Sequence record: LR745206.1
Length of the DNA stretch: 64,000 nt
Reading direction: 5' to 3' (one strand)
Within the stretch, counting starts at the first letter, position 1, and the number at the start of each line of letters is the position of its first letter. The notes under the pieces were generated by a model. The model searched no databases. It had not been told where the DNA came from and saw only the letters and a program-made list of their open reading frames with translations. Below, piece by piece: positions 47,716 to 56,227 of the stretch. Made by a program: the position numbers and the translations under genes.

Positions 47716-48123
47716 ATGGGACATTGTATATCAGTATATTTAATTAATAAATCAGATTTAAGAGATGATAAGATCAATTCTATAATTGATGGTGAAAAAA
47801 TGATAGATTCTGATGAAATAGAATGGGTTGAATTAAAAGAAGGAATTTTAGCAACAACCAATATTCCAAATATTAGAAAATTCGGAAAAGATAAAACAAT
47901 ATCATCAATTTCAACAGATTACTTTGGTGGTCCTGGTAATCAATCAGCTAAAGTTTTTATAAATAATAAAAAAGTTTTAGACCAAGATGATGAATTTGAT
48001 TGGAATCTAAAACCAATCAATTCAGCTCTTAAACTATTGGGTGTAGAAAAGAAAGGTGGTATGGATGAATTCGATACAATCGGATTAGGAAATTATAGAA
48101 GTAATTCAGATTTTCATAAATGA
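47716..48123 (+). CDS. Hypothetical protein
   Basis: 135 aa ORF. Confidence 0.7.
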   Translation: MGHCISVYLINKSDLRDDKINSIIDGEKMIDSDEIEWVELKEGILATTNIPNIRKFGKDKTISSISTDYFGGPGNQSAKVFINNKKVLDQDDEFDWNLKPINSALKLLGVEKKGGMDEFDTIGLGNYRSNSDFHK

Positions 48124-48641
48124 TTTATAATACAAAAGAAGAAGCATTATTAACGAGAGAGAAGTTCATCATACCAGAAGACTCTCCGGAATTCCTTGCG
48201 CATTGTAAAAAATATTATTTTTATACTGTTAATGATAAATATAAACACCGAAAATTTGGGAAATATTTTTTATATGAAAAGGAAATTGGTAATAGTAAAT
48301 TATATTATCCAGAATTAGCAATCTATTTAAATGAATTACCATGTGATCAAACAACAGAAGTTGAATATGTTAATTGTAGAAGGACTTGGGAATGGCAAAC
48401 AGAATATAAATATACCTACACTGATAAAGATGGTGTATCAAAAGAATTTACAAATTATATTGCTGAGTTACCAAGTGAGGTAAATAGAACGATACTTTGG
48501 TCTGATTCTATGTATGTTTATGGTAGTTGGGATAAGATGCCTTCTTGGAAAGAATTAAGACAAGCTTATGAAAGAACTTGGTGGTTTCATAGAACTACTG
48601 ATGAATTAAGAGATATCCAATTAAATAGATTATTAGTATAA
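48120..48641 (+). CDS. Hypothetical protein
   Basis: 173 aa; C-terminal RDIQLNRLL. Confidence 0.7.
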   Translation: MIYNTKEEALLTREKFIIPEDSPEFLAHCKKYYFYTVNDKYKHRKFGKYFLYEKEIGNSKLYYPELAIYLNELPCDQTTEVEYVNCRRTWEWQTEYKYTYTDKDGVSKEFTNYIAELPSEVNRTILWSDSMYVYGSWDKMPSWKELRQAYERTWWFHRTTDELRDIQLNRLLV

Positions 48642-48925
48642 TGGGTTGGGATGGTATTTATTCAAAAGATAGGAATTACCCTATATTTAATGTTGGTGAT
48701 GAAGTCTATACTGAGAATGGATCTTGGAGTGGAATACGACCGAGAATACCATATACCGTTTTGAAATGCTTCAAAAAACCTGGTATGATTGAGAGTTGTA
48801 AAATCATTATGTTGGAGTTACAAACTGATATTGGATATAAATCATCATATGCAACTTACCATTTCAAGAAAACTGAAAGACAATTAAGAGAAGATAAGAT
48901 AAAAGAAATTTTAGATGAAAAGTGA
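48641..48925 (+). CDS. Hypothetical protein
   Basis: 94 aa; C-terminal REDKIKEIL. Confidence 0.65.
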   Translation: MGWDGIYSKDRNYPIFNVGDEVYTENGSWSGIRPRIPYTVLKCFKKPGMIESCKIIMLELQTDIGYKSSYATYHFKKTERQLREDKIKEILDEK

Positions 48926-49211
48926 TATAGAAAAAGCTGAAAATCTATCAAACAGATTCAAAAGAATGAATATGTTTAGTGATATAAATAGATATGCTTT
49001 TGATAAAAAACAATATGAATTATTGTCTTATGTTAGGGATGTTGATCGTGAATTTGAAAAGAATCATGATTTTGATAATGAAGTACCACTTGTTGTTGTT
49101 TTTGAGAAACTACAAGAGATATTACCAAAAGTTAGTAAAGAAGAATTTGATGTTTTGAATAGTGTTTTGAGAGAATATAAATTGGAAAAGATATTAAAAA
49201 AGCCACTCTAG
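48915..49211 (+). CDS. Hypothetical protein
   Basis: 98 aa; C-terminal REYKLEKIL. Confidence 0.65.
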   Translation: MKSDIEKAENLSNRFKRMNMFSDINRYAFDKKQYELLSYVRDVDREFEKNHDFDNEVPLVVVFEKLQEILPKVSKEEFDVLNSVLREYKLEKILKKPL

Positions 49212-49224
49212 AGTGGCTTTTTTT
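49196..49224. terminator. Bidirectional intrinsic terminator
   Basis: AAAAAGCCACTC-TA-GAGTGGCTTTTT between convergent genes. Confidence 0.8.
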
Positions 49225-49225
49225 G

Positions 49226-50296
49226 TTATGAGTTATATTTGAAATTGTGATTTTCTTCAATATTAAGTAGTGTTTGATATATTAACTTAATAACATTCTT
49301 AACATCCTCTTTGTGAACTGTTTCACAGGTTGTGTGCATATATTTCAAAGGTAATGATATAAGTGCTGATGGTACTCCTCCATTAGAGAATGCAAAGGCA
49401 TCAGTATCAGTCCCAGTAGATCTTGATGAAGCTGATAATTGATAAGGAATTTTCTTCTTATCACCCGTATCTAAAATCAATTTTCTTAATTTGTTATGAA
49501 CAGCAGGTGCTCTTGTTACAACACCACCATTTCCAGCAATATGTTCACCTTGTTTACTTGCGGTATAACAAGGTGAAGAAGTTTCGTGACAGACATCTGT
49601 TATGATTGCTACATTTGGTTTTATAGTCTGAGCAATCATTTCAGCTCCTCTTAATCCAATTTCCTCTTGAACTGAATTAACAATGTATAGTTTAAATGGT
49701 AATTCTTTACCTTTTTCTTTTAATTTTCTAGCAACTTCTGCTATCATAACACCTCCAATTCTATTATCAAGTGCTCTACCAGTATAGTAATCATCACCAA
49801 GTTTCATAAAGTTATCTTTGAATGTGATTACTGTTCCAACTTTTATACCAAGTTTATCAACATCTTCTTTAGAAGAAGCACCAACATCAATAAAGATTGA
49901 ATCTAAATCGGCTGATGTTTTTCTATCATGTATATGAATTGCTGGGTGACCGAATATACCATCAATTGGCCCATTTTCACCCCAGAGTGTAACTCTCATA
50001 GACGGTGCGATAGTTGTATCTGACCCACCATTACGGATTACTTTGATATATCCTTTAGAGTCTATATAATTGACAAACCAAGATATTTCATCCGCGTGAG
50101 CTTCAATGACAACTTTGAAATCAGAATCCATATTACCCATTATTCCATAGGCGGTTCCGTAATTATCAATTTCTACTTCATTAACAAATTTTGAGATGTA
50201 GTCCATCCAGACCTTTTGACCACCTAATTCATATTCGAATCCGGTTGGTGAGTTAGAGTTTAAGTAATTCTCTAAGAATTTTTCGTTTATTTTCAT
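49226..50296 (-). CDS. M42 family aminopeptidase
   Basis: EAHADEI, GRALDNR, QEEIGLRGA, DVCHE, GTDTDA, KYMHT. Confidence 0.92.
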   Translation of the reverse strand: MKINEKFLENYLNSNSPTGFEYELGGQKVWMDYISKFVNEVEIDNYGTAYGIMGNMDSDFKVVIEAHADEISWFVNYIDSKGYIKVIRNGGSDTTIAPSMRVTLWGENGPIDGIFGHPAIHIHDRKTSADLDSIFIDVGASSKEDVDKLGIKVGTVITFKDNFMKLGDDYYTGRALDNRIGGVMIAEVARKLKEKGKELPFKLYIVNSVQEEIGLRGAEMIAQTIKPNVAIITDVCHETSSPCYTASKQGEHIAGNGGVVTRAPAVHNKLRKLILDTGDKKKIPYQLSASSRSTGTDTDAFAFSNGGVPSALISLPLKYMHTTCETVHKEDVKNVIKLIYQTLLNIEENHNFKYNS

Positions 50297-50334
50297 ATTT
50301 TAGATATTTAAATGACAATATCTTATATGAGTTA

Positions 50335-50697
50335 TTACTTAGGAAGTTTCATATCTGTTGATATTTCGATCTTAAATCCGAAACCTAATTCATCATCTGA
50401 TCCATACTTTACCTCAGTCTCGTAACCATTATCACCATTAAATGTAATTGGTTTTGGTCCATTTAATTTAGCATTCTTTCTATCAAGTTCAGCTTTTCTT
50501 TTAGCTTCTTCTTGAGCAACCATTTCTTCAAATGTTTGAGCTGGTTGTGGTGGTTGTATAGTATCTTGGTGTGTTGAAAATCTTTGTGGTTGAGCGTGTC
50601 CATACTTACGTAGAATTTCTTCTGCTTCTGATCCAGTTATTTCTCTTTCAGATTCAACTCTTTGTCCTTCTATTTGTGTTACATGTGGTCTATTCAT
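50335..50697 (-). CDS. Hypothetical protein
   Basis: 120 aa ORF. Confidence 0.7.
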   Translation of the reverse strand: MNRPHVTQIEGQRVESEREITGSEAEEILRKYGHAQPQRFSTHQDTIQPPQPAQTFEEMVAQEEAKRKAELDRKNAKLNGPKPITFNGDNGYETEVKYGSDDELGFGFKIEISTDMKLPK

Positions 50698-51004
50698 AAT
50701 AGTATGTTATTTTTTCCTTTTTTAATACCTCATTGAAATGTGGGTTAATTTCTCTCTCACCTCTTCCCCAATCCTCTCCATATCCTTCAAAATATTTACC
50801 ATCAGATTCTCTTTGTATTATTAATCTATAACTAACATATCCTTTCTCACCATCAAAATCTGTTTGTTCTTTAGAAACCATTAAATAAGTTTCGTTATTG
50901 AATTCTACATATTCTTCATATAGTAAGTCCAATAATCTTGGTGCTCCTGTTAAATCTAACTTTTCTCTAGATTCTGATTCATTTAACTTTGAAAACTTTT
51001 TCAT
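50690..51004 (-). CDS. Hypothetical protein (MKKFSKLNES motif)
   Basis: 104 aa ORF. Confidence 0.7.
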   Translation of the reverse strand: MKKFSKLNESESREKLDLTGAPRLLDLLYEEYVEFNNETYLMVSKEQTDFDGEKGYVSYRLIIQRESDGKYFEGYGEDWGRGEREINPHFNEVLKKEKITYYYE

Positions 51005-51345
51005 ATTCTATTTATTTTATTAAGTAGTCTTCTACCCTCTTCGTCCAATTGTAAATCTTTACAAACATCATTTACAACATCGGTTGGATTTTCACCTTCA
51101 CTAATTCTATACATAAATCCCTTATAATCATTCTCATCCATAATAAATTTAATCTCACCTTTCAAAGCATTGAATGTAGACCAATATTCACTATCATCAC
51201 CCATTAAACCACCAACTACAATTTCGGAGAATTGTTTTTCTAATCTAGTTTGTTTACCAAATAACTCTTCACTTCTTGTTAGTGGTTCGTTATCATAAGG
51301 GTTATGTTCAGATTCAAATAATTTATATGTGGTTAAGTATTTCAT
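51001..51345 (-). CDS. Hypothetical protein (MKYLTTYKLFES motif)
   Basis: 114 aa ORF. Confidence 0.7.
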   Translation of the reverse strand: MKYLTTYKLFESEHNPYDNEPLTRSEELFGKQTRLEKQFSEIVVGGLMGDDSEYWSTFNALKGEIKFIMDENDYKGFMYRISEGENPTDVVNDVCKDLQLDEEGRRLLNKINRI

Positions 51346-51368
51346 ATACTATTTATTAATTTATAAAA

Positions 51369-51815
51369 TTAAGTAATTGTTATTCCTATAAAACTAGGTT
51401 TCTTACCTACTAATTTATCCAAATCAAAATCAATATCTCTTCCTAAAAACCCATCATAAATATTGAAATTTATATCATATTTCTTTTCACCATTTGTGTT
51501 TACTTGATTTATATAATCTATACATCTTTTTAATGACTCTACTATATCTTCTGTTATTATAAAATAATCATATCCCTCTACCCAAACATTACCATCACCA
51601 CTTCTAACCTCATTGTTTGGGTTAGATACTATTTCTATCATTAATCCACCTTTACCATGTAATCTTTTATTATACATAGCATCTTGTAAATATATTTTAC
51701 CATTATCAGATATATCATATAATATTTCATTGATATTATCTCCTATTTCTACAAATTCATTTGGTGCATCATCACCATATTTATTTAACTCTTCAAATAA
51801 CTTTAAATGTTTCAT
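51369..51815 (-). CDS. Hypothetical protein (MKHLKLFEE motif)
   Basis: 148 aa ORF. Confidence 0.7.
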   Translation of the reverse strand: MKHLKLFEELNKYGDDAPNEFVEIGDNINEILYDISDNGKIYLQDAMYNKRLHGKGGLMIEIVSNPNNEVRSGDGNVWVEGYDYFIITEDIVESLKRCIDYINQVNTNGEKKYDINFNIYDGFLGRDIDFDLDKLVGKKPSFIGITIT

Positions 51816-52258
51816 AACTTTGTTAAATTAATTCTATTACCATGATGTGATAATTTATATCCGTTTATATTATTTCTTTCTAAATATCTAACATACATTT
51901 TTGTTCTTTGTGATACATAACTCCTTTCTTTATCTTTAGATAGTCCATTTATTACTATTTTCTTAGGATTTTTCTTCTTAATAAAGTCATTTAATATATC
52001 ACCAAAAACAGTTTGTAATATTTTATATGGGTTAGTGTTAACAACCTTACTAACACTATAATAATCTTTATCATGTACATAATATGTTAACTCATAAGTC
52101 ATATCATAACTGTTTTTGGTAAATGCTACTTTGTATTTATTATCTGATATATCAGTGAATTTATACTCAATCATCTTACCATTATCTGATATATTTTTCC
52201 ATTGGTATGAGTCAACACCTTCGAATATTAAATTATATACTGAGTTTAAATATTTCAT
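51812..52258 (-). CDS. Hypothetical protein (MKYL...IFEG motif)
   Basis: 148 aa ORF. Confidence 0.7.
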   Translation of the reverse strand: MKYLNSVYNLIFEGVDSYQWKNISDNGKMIEYKFTDISDNKYKVAFTKNSYDMTYELTYYVHDKDYYSVSKVVNTNPYKILQTVFGDILNDFIKKKNPKKIVINGLSKDKERSYVSQRTKMYVRYLERNNINGYKLSHHGNRINLTKL

Positions 52259-52259
52259 T

Positions 52260-52273
52260 TTAATATATATTAA
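52260..52273. promoter_or_regulatory. Palindromic back-to-back TTAATATATA motif at a divergent junction
   Basis: TTAATATATATTAA fills the 20-nt gap between divergent genes. Confidence 0.6.
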
Positions 52274-52278
52274 ATTCT

Positions 52279-52608
52279 ATGGATATATTTAAAGATATAC
52301 AAGGTGAGGTTGAGTTTTTCTTTGATGATTTAAACTGGACATACATATTAATATATGTGTTTGTTTTATATGGTATTAAACATAAAGAAGAGTTTCAATG
52401 GTTTAATGATTTATTTGATAAGAATAAATACATAAAATCATTTAAAGTTTGGATTGCTGGGTTGATAATTATACTCATATTTACTATATTCAAAGGATTG
52501 GAGAGCGGACTTGAAGTTTCATATATTTCACAAATATTAAGATCCTGGATAGTAGTAATTGTTTTTAATTCTGTTTTTTCAAAAAAGATAAGCCAAATAG
52601 ATAAATGA
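52279..52608 (+). CDS. Small membrane protein (possible holin)
   Basis: Three hydrophobic segments in 109 aa; holin role is a guess. Confidence 0.55.
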   Translation: MDIFKDIQGEVEFFFDDLNWTYILIYVFVLYGIKHKEEFQWFNDLFDKNKYIKSFKVWIAGLIIILIFTIFKGLESGLEVSYISQILRSWIVVIVFNSVFSKKISQIDK

Positions 52609-53369
52609 TATATTTAAAAACGTATGAGGATCTAGATATAGATAAGTATAAAGCTTTTATTAAGAAATATAAAAAGAGTGATTATATATCCACGAAGACT
52701 ATCAAAACAATGAAAGAATTGGGTATAAAAAACGCCTTTAATGAAATAGAAAAGAAAGTTTCTGACTGTTATAAATTTTTTAATAAACAAAATAATGAAT
52801 TATTGAATGATTTATTTTTATATGTAGAAGATGATTTTAATGCTAAAGTTGTATATAGTTGGTTTTCTTTGAAAATATATCCAGATTTTCCACTAAAAAG
52901 TTTTAATCTTACTATAACTAAAGATGATTCTGGTTTACCATCAAAAGCTGGTAAAATACTAGATGATGAAATTAATGTTGTTGATCATATAATTAGAAAT
53001 ATTGATTCTATTGTGGATGATGAAAATAGAAAAATAAAAGATAGTGATAGAAGTGATAGTTGGGTAAGATATACTTCATCGAGGATGAGAGGTAGAAACT
53101 TTCTTGAGAAGGTTAAAATATATCCAGTTATATCACTACAAATTCAACTAAATGAGGATGCAGAAAATGACTTCGGTAATGAAGAATATGAACAAAAGAA
53201 AATAGATTTTCGTAAAAAGAGAGAAGAATTGAAAAAATTCTTAAAAGAAGACATTATTGATAGGTATTTTAGAGCGATGGGGTATAATATAGATTTTGAA
53301 ATTAGTGAAACTAACTCAAGTTATTATCTAACCAATAATTTAAGTTATGATATAATGTGTAAATTATGA
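52605..53369 (+). CDS. Hypothetical protein (MIYLKTYE motif)
   Basis: 254 aa ORF. Confidence 0.7.
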   Translation: MIYLKTYEDLDIDKYKAFIKKYKKSDYISTKTIKTMKELGIKNAFNEIEKKVSDCYKFFNKQNNELLNDLFLYVEDDFNAKVVYSWFSLKIYPDFPLKSFNLTITKDDSGLPSKAGKILDDEINVVDHIIRNIDSIVDDENRKIKDSDRSDSWVRYTSSRMRGRNFLEKVKIYPVISLQIQLNEDAENDFGNEEYEQKKIDFRKKREELKKFLKEDIIDRYFRAMGYNIDFEISETNSSYYLTNNLSYDIMCKL

Positions 53370-53947
53370 TAATTAAGAAATATATAAAATTTATAAATGA
53401 AGAGTTTGATCATTTAAAAAGTAGAGGTGTTGATCCAGAACGCACATACTTTGTTCATGATACTGAATCAAATAATACTTATTTTTTCCTTTATAATTTA
53501 AGTGGTGAGAGTATTGGTTATCAAAAGTATAATCCTGATAATGAAAAGGCAGGTGGTTTAGGTTGGATGGGTAGATATTTCACCAAGGTGAGAAAAGAAG
53601 CAACTGGTCATAGTAAGATAGCTGTATATGGATTAGAAACATATCAAATAGATAAAGACTACTTTTTTATAACAGAAGGTATATTTGATGTTATTAAAGT
53701 TCATAATACCGGTGAACCTGGTATTGCAAATTTAGGATGTTCGGTATCAAAACAAGCTAAAAATTGGTATAATAGTTTACCACAAAGAAAAATAGTAATA
53801 CAAGATAGAGATGATGCTGGTACAGAATTGGGAACAATAGGTGATTATGTTTATACTGTACCAGAACCTTATAAAGACTTAGGTGAGATGCCTCAGGAAG
53901 AAGTCAACAAATTAATAAAGAATATTAAAAAAGAAATAGGATTGTGA
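53366..53947 (+). CDS. TOPRIM-domain (primase-like) protein
   Basis: FFITEGIFD and IVIQDRDDAG motifs. Confidence 0.7.
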   Translation: MIIKKYIKFINEEFDHLKSRGVDPERTYFVHDTESNNTYFFLYNLSGESIGYQKYNPDNEKAGGLGWMGRYFTKVRKEATGHSKIAVYGLETYQIDKDYFFITEGIFDVIKVHNTGEPGIANLGCSVSKQAKNWYNSLPQRKIVIQDRDDAGTELGTIGDYVYTVPEPYKDLGEMPQEEVNKLIKNIKKEIGL

Positions 53948-54366
53948 AGTATTTGAAAAGATTTAATGAATCATTGGATGAAACAGTAATTATAGATTTT
54001 ATCAGTGATATATTTTTGGAATTAAAAGATAATAACAATAACATTGATATTGAGATAATCCCAAGATATAAATATAGTTCGTCTAATATGTACACAATAC
54101 CGGATAAAACAAAGATAGTTGGATTTGATATCAGAATATCATCACAAAAATATCCTTTTAAGTTAAGTGATATTTATGATAATGTTTTAGTATGTATGGA
54201 TTATATGAGAAGTAATAATATGTTTTTAAAATCATTTGATTCACTAGATATATCAAATAATAATAGTGTAGTAGATATTAATTATTTTTATGACTATATG
54301 ATGGGTGTTGAGAAAGATGTATCAAGTAAATACTTTTCTATTAGATTTAACTTGAAAGTTATATGA
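53944..54366 (+). CDS. Hypothetical protein (MKYLKRFNES motif)
   Basis: 140 aa ORF. Confidence 0.7.
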   Translation: MKYLKRFNESLDETVIIDFISDIFLELKDNNNNIDIEIIPRYKYSSSNMYTIPDKTKIVGFDIRISSQKYPFKLSDIYDNVLVCMDYMRSNNMFLKSFDSLDISNNNSVVDINYFYDYMMGVEKDVSSKYFSIRFNLKVI

Positions 54367-54824
54367 AACATTTAAAAACATATAAAATATTTGAATCTAA
54401 TTTAGATGATACGTATTATGATGTAGAATCTATCTTTTACTCTTTGAGAGATTATGGATATGATATTTATGTTGATAAGGAAGAAATACAATTGGATAAT
54501 TATGTTGAAGAAACAATTGCTTTTCATATAGGTAAGAATAATGATAATTCATCATTAGCTTCTACATCTGGTGATCCTTTTGTGATAGAAGGTGAATCCG
54601 AGGATATTAATGAATTAAAAGATTGTATATTAAGAGTTAAAGATTTTTTAAGTGATTGGGTTTGTTATATGGAGATAAGATATAATAAAGAAAGGTTTAT
54701 ATCTATTAATAAAGATGTGAAAATAGAAAATGATTCTTTTTTTGAAATTAGAGATAATAAACTAGTTGATTTCCCTATTATAAGATTAAAAGTATTTTTT
54801 ATAAGAAAAATTAAAAATATTTAA
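54363..54824 (+). CDS. Hypothetical protein (MKHLKTYKIFES motif)
   Basis: 153 aa; first 12 aa identical to ORF 60202..60651. Confidence 0.7.
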   Translation: MKHLKTYKIFESNLDDTYYDVESIFYSLRDYGYDIYVDKEEIQLDNYVEETIAFHIGKNNDNSSLASTSGDPFVIEGESEDINELKDCILRVKDFLSDWVCYMEIRYNKERFISINKDVKIENDSFFEIRDNKLVDFPIIRLKVFFIRKIKNI

Positions 54825-54869
54825 AAAGGGAGACAACCTTTTTAATATATACACGTATAATAAAGACAT

Positions 54870-54941
54870 CGCGGGGTAGAGCAGTGGCAGCTCGCAAGGC
54901 TCATAACCTTGAGGTCGTTGGTTCGAATCCAGCCCCCGCTA
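54870..54941 (+). tRNA. tRNA-fMet (CAT), initiator type
   Basis: CGCGGGG 5' end with unpaired C1, CAAGG-CT-CAT-AA-CCTTG; no leader or terminator upstream. Confidence 0.85.
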
Positions 54942-55028
54942 CTAAAAAATATTAAAATAAATTAGGTAGATTAGAAAAAACTACTTATATTTGTAAAAGA
55001 ATTAATAAACAAGATAATAAATAAACAA

Positions 55029-55115
55029 ATGAACACAATTACTAACATAGCGTCTTACGAATCTTATTATGAAGAGGGTAACCTAGTCAGACGAAATAAC
55101 TATGTCGTAATGTAA
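55029..55115 (+). CDS. Putative attenuator leader peptide (Tyr/Glu) MNTITNIASYESYYEEGNLVRRNNYVVM
   Basis: YESYYEE core (4 Tyr, 3 Glu in total); terminator then Tyr/Glu tRNAs. Confidence 0.82.
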   Translation: MNTITNIASYESYYEEGNLVRRNNYVVM

Positions 55116-55139
55116 GTAATTATATAAACGAATATTTAT

Positions 55140-55173
55140 ACCCAGTCTGACAAATGTTAGACTGGGTTTTTTT
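55140..55173 (+). terminator. Attenuator terminator, Tyr/Glu tRNA block
   Basis: ACCCAGTCTGAC-AAAT-GTTAGACTGGGT plus T-tract. Confidence 0.85.
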
Positions 55174-55187
55174 ATGTCAAAAAATTC

Positions 55188-55255
55188 GGGATGAATTATG
55201 GTGATAGCCGGGTCTGTAAAACCCTAGCAGGTGAGTTCGAGTCTCACACATCCCA
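55188..55255 (+). tRNA. tRNA-Tyr (GTA), atypical short form
   Basis: GGGT-CT-GTA-AA-ACCC; truncated D arm, short variable loop. Confidence 0.65.
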
Positions 55256-55266
55256 CTAAAACAAAT

Positions 55267-55338
55267 GGTCCTATCGTCTAAAGGTTAGGATAACAGACTT
55301 TCAATCTGTTGATACGGGTTCGAGCCCCGTTAGGACTA
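55267..55338 (+). tRNA. tRNA-Glu (TTC)
   Basis: ACAGA-CT-TTC-AA-TCTGT. Confidence 0.88.
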
Positions 55339-55343
55339 CAAAT

Positions 55344-55415
55344 GCTCTATTCGTCTAGTGGCAAGGACATCACCCTCTCAAGGTGAAGACGCGGGTTCGA
55401 CTCCCGTATAGAGTA
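55344..55415 (+). tRNA. tRNA-Glu (CTC)
   Basis: TCACC-CT-CTC-AA-GGTGA. Confidence 0.88.
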
Positions 55416-55426
55416 CAAAATTAAAT

Positions 55427-55498
55427 GCTCCGTTCGACAAGCGGTTAAGTCGTTGCCCTTTCAAGGCAAAGTCACGGGTTCGAATCCCGTACGGAGTA
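55427..55498 (+). tRNA. tRNA-Glu (TTC)
   Basis: TTGCC-CT-TTC-AA-GGCAA. Confidence 0.88.
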
Positions 55499-55523
55499 CA
55501 AACAGACATCAACGTAATGTCTG

Positions 55524-55647
55524 GGTGATGTAGAGCAATTGGTAGCTCATCTGCTAGTTAAATGATGGAATAATCATAATCCTGAAGCTATTATAAAATA
55601 GGCGACACGGTTGGTTCTTGGTGTAGGTTCGAGTCCTATCATCACTA
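55524..55647 (+). ncRNA. tRNA-like RNA with a large insertion replacing the anticodon arm
   Basis: Acceptor GGTGATG/CATCACT, D arm GAGC-AATTGGTA-GCTC, T arm GTAGG-TTCGAGT-CCTAT; about 70 nt insert with small hairpins. Confidence 0.6.
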
Positions 55648-55653
55648 ATACCT

Positions 55654-55736
55654 GGGATGTTATACCGTAGGGGTAGCGGGACAGACTGTAAATCTGTTAT
55701 CTTCGGATTCGGGTGGTTCGACTCCATCACGTCCCA
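55654..55736 (+). tRNA. tRNA-Tyr (GTA)
   Basis: ACAGA-CT-GTA-AA-TCTGT; long variable arm. Confidence 0.85.
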
Positions 55737-55745
55737 CAAAAATAT

Positions 55746-55817
55746 GGTCCATTCGTCTAATGGTTAGGACGCTAGGTTTTCAACCTAGAAATACGGGTTC
55801 GATCCCCGTATGGACTA
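55746..55817 (+). tRNA. tRNA-Glu (TTC)
   Basis: CTAGG-TT-TTC-AA-CCTAG. Confidence 0.88.
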
Positions 55818-55822
55818 CAAAT

Positions 55823-55906
55823 GGGGATATAGAGCGTAATTGGTAGCGTCCCGGGCTGTAAACTCGGTGTCTTTTGATCTTGTAGGTTCGAGTCCTGCTA
55901 GCCCCA
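55823..55906 (+). tRNA. tRNA-Tyr (GTA)
   Basis: CCGGG-CT-GTA-AA-CTCGG; long variable region. Confidence 0.82.
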
Positions 55907-56080
55907 CAAAAAGAAATAATATAATATATTTGGTTTATTTGGTTTATTGAAATATTATATTTATATTTGTAAAAGAATCGTAATCCCAAGTAACCCCTTG
56001 GTCGATTTTTTAACAAATTAAAAAAGATTAAAAGGGAAGGTAAAACTTTTTATATATACATACATATAATAGGAACGAAA

Positions 56081-56164
56081 ATGAAAAATTTAAATAACAT
56101 ATCAATAGCAGTAATCGGGAACGGCGCGGGAGCGATACGTGAGTGGCTGAGTTATGGTATTTAA
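56081..56164 (+). CDS. Putative attenuator leader peptide (Ile/Gly/Ala) MKNLNNISIAVIGNGAGAIREWLSYGI
   Basis: 5 Ile (3 ATA), 4 Gly, 3 Ala; terminator then Ile/Gly/Ala tRNAs, GlyRS and AlaRS. Confidence 0.82.
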   Translation: MKNLNNISIAVIGNGAGAIREWLSYGI

Positions 56165-56183
56165 TTAAATTAAAATATTTCAA

Positions 56184-56215
56184 AAACCCAGTCACGAAAA
56201 TGACTGGGTTTTTTT
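56184..56215 (+). terminator. Attenuator terminator, Ile/Gly/Ala block
   Basis: AAACCCAGTCA-CGAAAA-TGACTGGGTTT plus T-tract. Confidence 0.85.
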
Positions 56216-56227
56216 GTTTTTAAAAAC

